Below, one piece after another: positions 60,317 to 64,000 of a stretch of 64,000 nucleotides of DNA. The translations under genes were made by a program, and so were the position numbers. The notes beneath the pieces were generated by a model. It did no database searches, was not told where the DNA came from, and saw only the letters and a list, made by a program, of their open reading frames with translations. Location of the stretch: IMG/VR virus record IMGVR_UViG_3300042905_002851. One strand, 5' to 3'. This stretch comes from an uncultured virus (IMG/VR IMGVR_UViG_3300042905_002851) (taxonomy: Duplodnaviria > Heunggongvirae > Uroviricota > Caudoviricetes). How positions within the stretch are numbered: position 1 is the stretch's first letter; every line of letters starts with the position of its first letter.

Positions 60317-60349
60317 TAAAAAACCCCAACAATTATGATGGGACGTTTA

Positions 60350-60790
60350 TTAAGAACTTTTTAATATTTGAAAGTTAATAAATATACAAATTTCAATATA
60401 AGTCTGTAAAATATCGGAATCTAAAACAAATTGTTCGGATATTGAAAACCATGCGACTTGTTCATTATTTAAATTTACAACCAATCCGGTAGTGTATCCA
60501 TCAACTAAGAAATTAATTATGTAAATTCCGTCTTTAACATCAAAGGATATATCACCCTCAACTTCAACACCATTACTTTTTATAATAAAAAATCTATTAT
60601 TGGTTAAATCAATATCATAAAAACTATTAACTTTTCTATGTTCGTAGATAAGACTATCATTATTTATAACATTTAAAACACTGGTGTCTTGTCCGTAAGA
60701 GTCCATAACTTCAGATACCTTAATTTTAATAACTTGTGAATTAAAAAAATTAACAAAAAATAACGACAGAGTTAAAAAAAGTGTTTTCAT
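60350..60790 (-). CDS. Putative secreted protein
   Basis: Likely start MKTLFLTLSLFF (signal peptide); the longer ORF overlaps tRNA-Asp. Confidence 0.65.
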   Translation of the reverse strand: MKTLFLTLSLFFVNFFNSQVIKIKVSEVMDSYGQDTSVLNVINNDSLIYEHRKVNSFYDIDLTNNRFFIIKSNGVEVEGDISFDVKDGIYIINFLVDGYTTGLVVNLNNEQVAWFSISEQFVLDSDILQTYIEICIFINFQILKSS

Positions 60791-60814
60791 AATAGTTATT
60801 TTTTTAAAGTTTAG

Positions 60815-60887
60815 CGGTCCCGACGGGATTCGAACCCGTATCTCGCACCGTGACAGGGTGGAATTGTAACCATTCAACCACGGGACC
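60815..60887 (-). tRNA. tRNA-Asp(GUC)
   Basis: GGTCCCG/CGGGACC acceptor, CT-GTC-AC loop, TTCGAAT T-loop; no encoded CCA. Confidence 0.92.
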
Positions 60888-60893
60888 AAGTTT

Positions 60894-60964
60894 ATCAGTC
60901 TTTCCTGATCGTCACCCCTAACCCACAGGTATGAACCCGTATCGTAGTAAAGCTTGGTTAGCTA
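60894..60964 (-). ncRNA. Small structured spacer RNA (stem, UGAC, G-GAAAGA-C hairpin), copy 1
   Basis: CTAACC/GGTTAG stem enclosing T-arm-like ACGGG-TTCATA-CCTGT; then TGAC and ATCAG-GAAAGA-CTGAT. Confidence 0.5.
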
Positions 60965-60967
60965 TAG

Positions 60968-61039
60968 TAGTCCCACCGGGAATCGAACCCGACTTTCCAG
61001 GATGAAAACCTGACGACCTAACCGATAGTCGATGGGACC
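60968..61039 (-). tRNA. tRNA-Glu(UUC)
   Basis: GGTCCCA/TGGGACT acceptor, TT-TTC-AT loop, TTCGATT. Confidence 0.92.
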
Positions 61040-61112
61040 AAAAATAAGGGTAGACACGGGCCTAGCTAGCCATCTTTCAGGAAAGGCCCTTACGAATATT
61101 CTACCCTTTTAG

Positions 61113-61185
61113 TTGCGGGAACAGGGCTCGAACCTGTAATCTCGGCTTATGAGACCGAGCGGATGACCAATTTCCACATCCCGCG
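61113..61185 (-). tRNA. tRNA-Met(CAU), initiator-like
   Basis: C1xA72 mismatch (CGCGGGA/TCCCGCA), CT-CAT-AA loop. Confidence 0.9.
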
Positions 61186-61190
61186 ATATG

Positions 61191-61264
61191 TAGTTAATAC
61201 TGGACTCGAACCAATGACCTATTCCGTATCAGGGAATCGCTCTAACCAACTGAGCTAATTAACT
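61191..61264 (-). tRNA. tRNA-Ile(GAU)
   Basis: AGTTAAT/ATTAACT acceptor, GCTC/GAGC D-stem, CT-GAT-AC loop. Confidence 0.92.
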
Positions 61265-61268
61265 ATAT

Positions 61269-61339
61269 TCTCGTCTTTCCGAGATGTCAATAGGGATATT
61301 TTGTGTACAATTCAGGACTCTCATATACTTCCTTAGTTG
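61269..61339 (-). ncRNA. Small structured spacer RNA (stem, UGAC, G-GAAAGA-C hairpin), copy 2
   Basis: TGAC followed by TCTCG-GAAAGA-CGAGA just upstream of tRNA-Ile. Confidence 0.5.
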
Positions 61340-61493
61340 TAGTCAGGACAGGATTCTAACCTGCATGAACACTTTGAATTTTACCTACGCACAGTGAGGT
61401 AGTGTTCTTCATCATTCGCATTGCCTTTTCAAAGTGCACTTATTCAAGGTTGCCGTGCGTGTCACTATGTGTCTAACATTCCACCACCTGACT
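61340..61493 (-). ncRNA. tRNA-like RNA (154 nt) with a ~100-nt structured insert replacing the anticodon/variable arms
   Basis: Perfect AGTCAGG/CCTGACT acceptor, Leu-type D arm GTGGAATGTTAGACAC, T arm GCAGG-TTAGAAT-CCTGT. Confidence 0.7.
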
Positions 61494-61605
61494 ATTTTAA
61501 TTTTGTAGTTAAGTAGCTGACACACACTCTCGTTTCACCATCTTATGTCAACAGGTTAATGCACTTTACGAGTTTCCCGTTTCTTACCACCACAATATTT
61601 TAATT

Positions 61606-61709
61606 TCAATGAACTTCTTATTTCTTCACGGGAGTAGGACACCAACCTCTCACTTCCTACCCCCGTTGTTTCTCTTACAAATATATGGCGTTTGTTTTAA
61701 ACTGCCAAA
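61606..61709 (-). promoter_or_regulatory. Bacteroidota sigmaA-type promoter, leader hairpin and boxA-like element of the tRNA cluster
   Basis: TTTG 61706-61709, N20, TATATTTG 61678-61685; hairpin ~61628-61666; AAGTTCATTGA 61606-61616. Confidence 0.7.
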
Positions 61710-61731
61710 CATTTTATGAAAATTTTTTAAT

Positions 61732-62229
61732 TTATTTTATCTCAAATGCACATCTCATGATTTTTTTAGTCTTGGTGGCATCTTCAGGGTTTCCAATAAC
61801 AACACCATCTTTGATTGTAAACGCATGTCGGTTAACAAGAACAAAGAATGTGCCTTTTGGGTTTTGTTTAACAAATGTGCCCACAGTCATGTTTCTTTTC
61901 TTTGTTTCACCTTTGATTGTCACATCATACATTAATGATCTTAACATTTGGTCATTATGTCTTATCCCAACAGGACGAATTTTTTTGCCGTTAACCTTAA
62001 ACAAACTGTCACCCATTTTGACAAGTTTAGATACCGTTCCGTATGTACCATTTCTTGGTTTTCTTCCAAATTCATCGGCAACATACCTGTGAGCATAATC
62101 ATAAGATACTTCAAATGAAGACGCAAATGCTCTAACAACACAATCATTTCTTTCGCCTTTGGCGGTTGATGACTCAGTATATCCTTTAATTGCGTTTCCT
62201 GTGGCTTCGTATGGTAGTTTGTTTTTCAT
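61732..62229 (-). CDS. Hypothetical protein, possible papain-like Cys peptidase fold
   Basis: NDCVVRAFA...HAFTIKDG (Cys/His). Confidence 0.55.
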   Translation of the reverse strand: MKNKLPYEATGNAIKGYTESSTAKGERNDCVVRAFASSFEVSYDYAHRYVADEFGRKPRNGTYGTVSKLVKMGDSLFKVNGKKIRPVGIRHNDQMLRSLMYDVTIKGETKKRNMTVGTFVKQNPKGTFFVLVNRHAFTIKDGVVIGNPEDATKTKKIMRCAFEIK

Positions 62230-62367
62230 ACTGTAAAGATACAAATTTTTTTTTAAATCAAGCCATATTGGTTTAATTCGTATAAATATTTTTCATAGTT
62301 TTCTGAGTTAATAAACTCTTCGTGAATTTGTTGGTGTATATCTTCCATTGTTTTTTTAATTAAATTG

Positions 62368-62439
62368 TAGTCCCGCCTGGATTCGAACCAGGAATAGAAG
62401 ATTAGAAATCTACTGTGATATCCCTTTCACTACGGAACC
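62368..62439 (-). tRNA. tRNA-Arg(UCU)
   Basis: GGTTCCG/CGGGACT acceptor, TT-TCT-AA loop, TTCGAAT. Confidence 0.9.
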
Positions 62440-62445
62440 ATGGTA

Positions 62446-62631
62446 TCAAATCTTCTTAATTTCGTATTTATGGCCCGAATCGGTGTTGGTATTTAATATG
62501 TTTACCATCTCTTGGACTTTGTCTTTATCATCAAATTCCCACACCTCTCCTTGTTCGTTTAACATTATCACAGGCAGTATTCGGTTATTTGGAAGACTAA
62601 CGTTTTTAATAATTACAAATATATTATTCAT
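62446..62631 (-). CDS. Small hypothetical protein
   Basis: Likely start MNNIFVIIK overlapping the previous stop. Confidence 0.6.
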   Translation of the reverse strand: MNNIFVIIKNVSLPNNRILPVIMLNEQGEVWEFDDKDKVQEMVNILNTNTDSGHKYEIKKI

Positions 62632-63319
62632 TGTATAACATTTCAATAAGTTCAACATCAATTGGTGCGTATTCTGTTGTTGTTGTCCAACCTTGATAAT
62701 AAATACTTTCAGGGTATTTGTAAGAGTCATTAAACAACCCTAAAGATTGTGTTAACTCTTCACGAAGTAAGTGTTTTTGTTCTACTTCATTTGCTCTATT
62801 GATATCAACATACATATAACCTTTTACCGATCCAACACTAAAAAGACCCCAATTATTTGTTAATAAAGAACGATCTAAATTTGGGCAATAATTGGCAAAA
62901 CCATCACTTGACCCAAGATAAATAAACATATTGGCATCTTTAGGGTTTTTAACAATTTCTATTTCAATAGTGTTAATAATATTATTAAGTTCTGAAACAA
63001 TATCATTTAATTCTACCATCAAATAATCAATTTTTTCGCCCTCAACATATATTTTCATGTTTTTATTCCATTTGAAGGCACTTTCCCTTTTTCCTTTAAA
63101 TTCGGTATTAAAAACAATTTCATTAAAATAGTCTATTGTTTCTTGAGATCTTTGTATTTTTTTTGGGGTGTATCCACCGCCATCAGATACCGTCTGTTCG
63201 TTTTGCGAATAGAGGTTTTTATTTGTATCATTGGTTTTTTGAGGCTTTACATTTAAAAGGCAAAAAACAAAGAAACCTATAATTAATAGGGAAGACAGAG
63301 GGCTTATTGTGTTTTTCAT
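62624..63319 (-). CDS. DUF2927-like membrane-anchored protein
   Basis: N-terminal TM; KW...; HLLREELTQSLGLFND....SI.Y....D..L...LY. Confidence 0.7.
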   Translation of the reverse strand: MKNTISPLSSLLIIGFFVFCLLNVKPQKTNDTNKNLYSQNEQTVSDGGGYTPKKIQRSQETIDYFNEIVFNTEFKGKRESAFKWNKNMKIYVEGEKIDYLMVELNDIVSELNNIINTIEIEIVKNPKDANMFIYLGSSDGFANYCPNLDRSLLTNNWGLFSVGSVKGYMYVDINRANEVEQKHLLREELTQSLGLFNDSYKYPESIYYQGWTTTTEYAPIDVELIEMLYNE

Positions 63320-63373
63320 AGTAGATTAATTTCTACAAAGATATATAAAAAAATTAGATAAACAAAAAAAAAA

Positions 63374-64000
63374 TTAAATTAAAGCTTCTCCCATATCATC
63401 TATATTTTGAACTATTGGACAAACCATATTTTCTGCTAAAATTTCTAATCTTTTAAATACTGTTGTTTGTGCCGCGGTTTCTGTTACCGTATTTTTAAGC
63501 GCCGAATAAACAAACCCTTCCATAGACCCCTTCCCGCTCCCAATTTTTTTCATGGCCAGATCCAACCAAGCTTCTAGCGCGGATTTTACAATTATTTTTG
63601 TAAATTTAGAACAATTAGTAAAAAATTCTTTGTAGTCAGCAACATCTAAATTTGCAAAAACATTTATAATAAGTAATGTGATAAAATCATCCGCCTTAAA
63701 CCCAAGTTTTTTGACAATGTAAGTAACGATGGTTTCTTTTGCACCCCCCATTAGTTTGTCTCCTAAGTTAAACCCAAGACCACCAAAGATATCGCCAGCA
63801 AGACCTTCATTTAATCTGTTTAATTTTTTCATAGATTTTTGAAGATCAAAATAGGCACTTAAAACTAACTGAGATGAAAAATCCTCAACCAACTCTTTAT
63901 TAAAATTATATTGATGTTTTTTAACATTATTAAACGAAAATTTTCTATGTTCTTCATTTAAAATATTATTGATCTTAAACTCTAAAGTTGATTCTGCTGT
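63374..64000 (-). CDS. Partial hypothetical protein (frame open to window end)
   Basis: Frame stays open from 64000; contains ILNEE and LNE sites. Confidence 0.65.
   Translation of the reverse strand, partial: TAESTLEFKINNILNEEHRKFSFNNVKKHQYNFNKELVEDFSSQLVLSAYFDLQKSMKKLNRLNEGLAGDIFGGLGFNLGDKLMGGAKETIVTYIVKKLGFKADDFITLLIINVFANLDVADYKEFFTNCSKFTKIIVKSALEAWLDLAMKKIGSGKGSMEGFVYSALKNTVTETAAQTTVFKRLEILAENMVCPIVQNIDDMGEALI

Noticed and set aside
60791..60889. N-terminal extension of ORF 60350-60889
   Set aside because: It is tRNA-Asp read as codons; the likely start is 60790
61525..61575. Type III hammerhead ribozyme (CUCGUA...CUGUUGA...GAAACGAG)
   Set aside because: Core reads CUGUUGA rather than CUGANGA, and stems I and II do not pair; kept only as a generic structured RNA
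1..64000. Stop-codon reassignment (alternative genetic code)
   Set aside because: Core genes are intact in code 11, TAA/TAG/TGA all end genes, and no suppressor tRNA was seen

Overview
64-kb AT-rich segment of a large (probably jumbo/huge) T4-like tailed phage, very likely infecting Bacteroidota. The host call rests on repeated TTG-N20-TAnnTTTG promoters, SD-less A-rich starts and Bacteroidota-like bS21/DnaK/ClpC. Left to right: Cys/Pro-Thr-rich putative virion proteins; a ~15-kb glycan-synthesis island (glycosyltransferases, methyltransferases, WbqC, Gmd, Fcl, cytidylyltransferase) with dUTPase, exonuclease and PhoH; a gp55-like late sigma factor; baseplate-like genes; a head module (gp23 MCP, scaffold, gp21 protease, ribosomal protein bS21, portal, terminase); nucleotidyltransferase and KTSC; divergent dnaK/clpC; tmRNA; a ~870-nt highly structured ORF-free RNA (GOLLD-like candidate); lysis-like genes; and a tRNA cluster interleaved with non-tRNA structured RNAs. 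The most interesting signals are the giant ncRNA under rRNA-like control (tandem promoters plus boxA-like element), a 154-nt tRNA-framed RNA with a ~100-nt insert, conserved-leader/variable-cargo genes that may be capsid-targeted, a candidate virion glycosylation system and three promoter classes. All family assignments are by eye from motifs; no searches were run.
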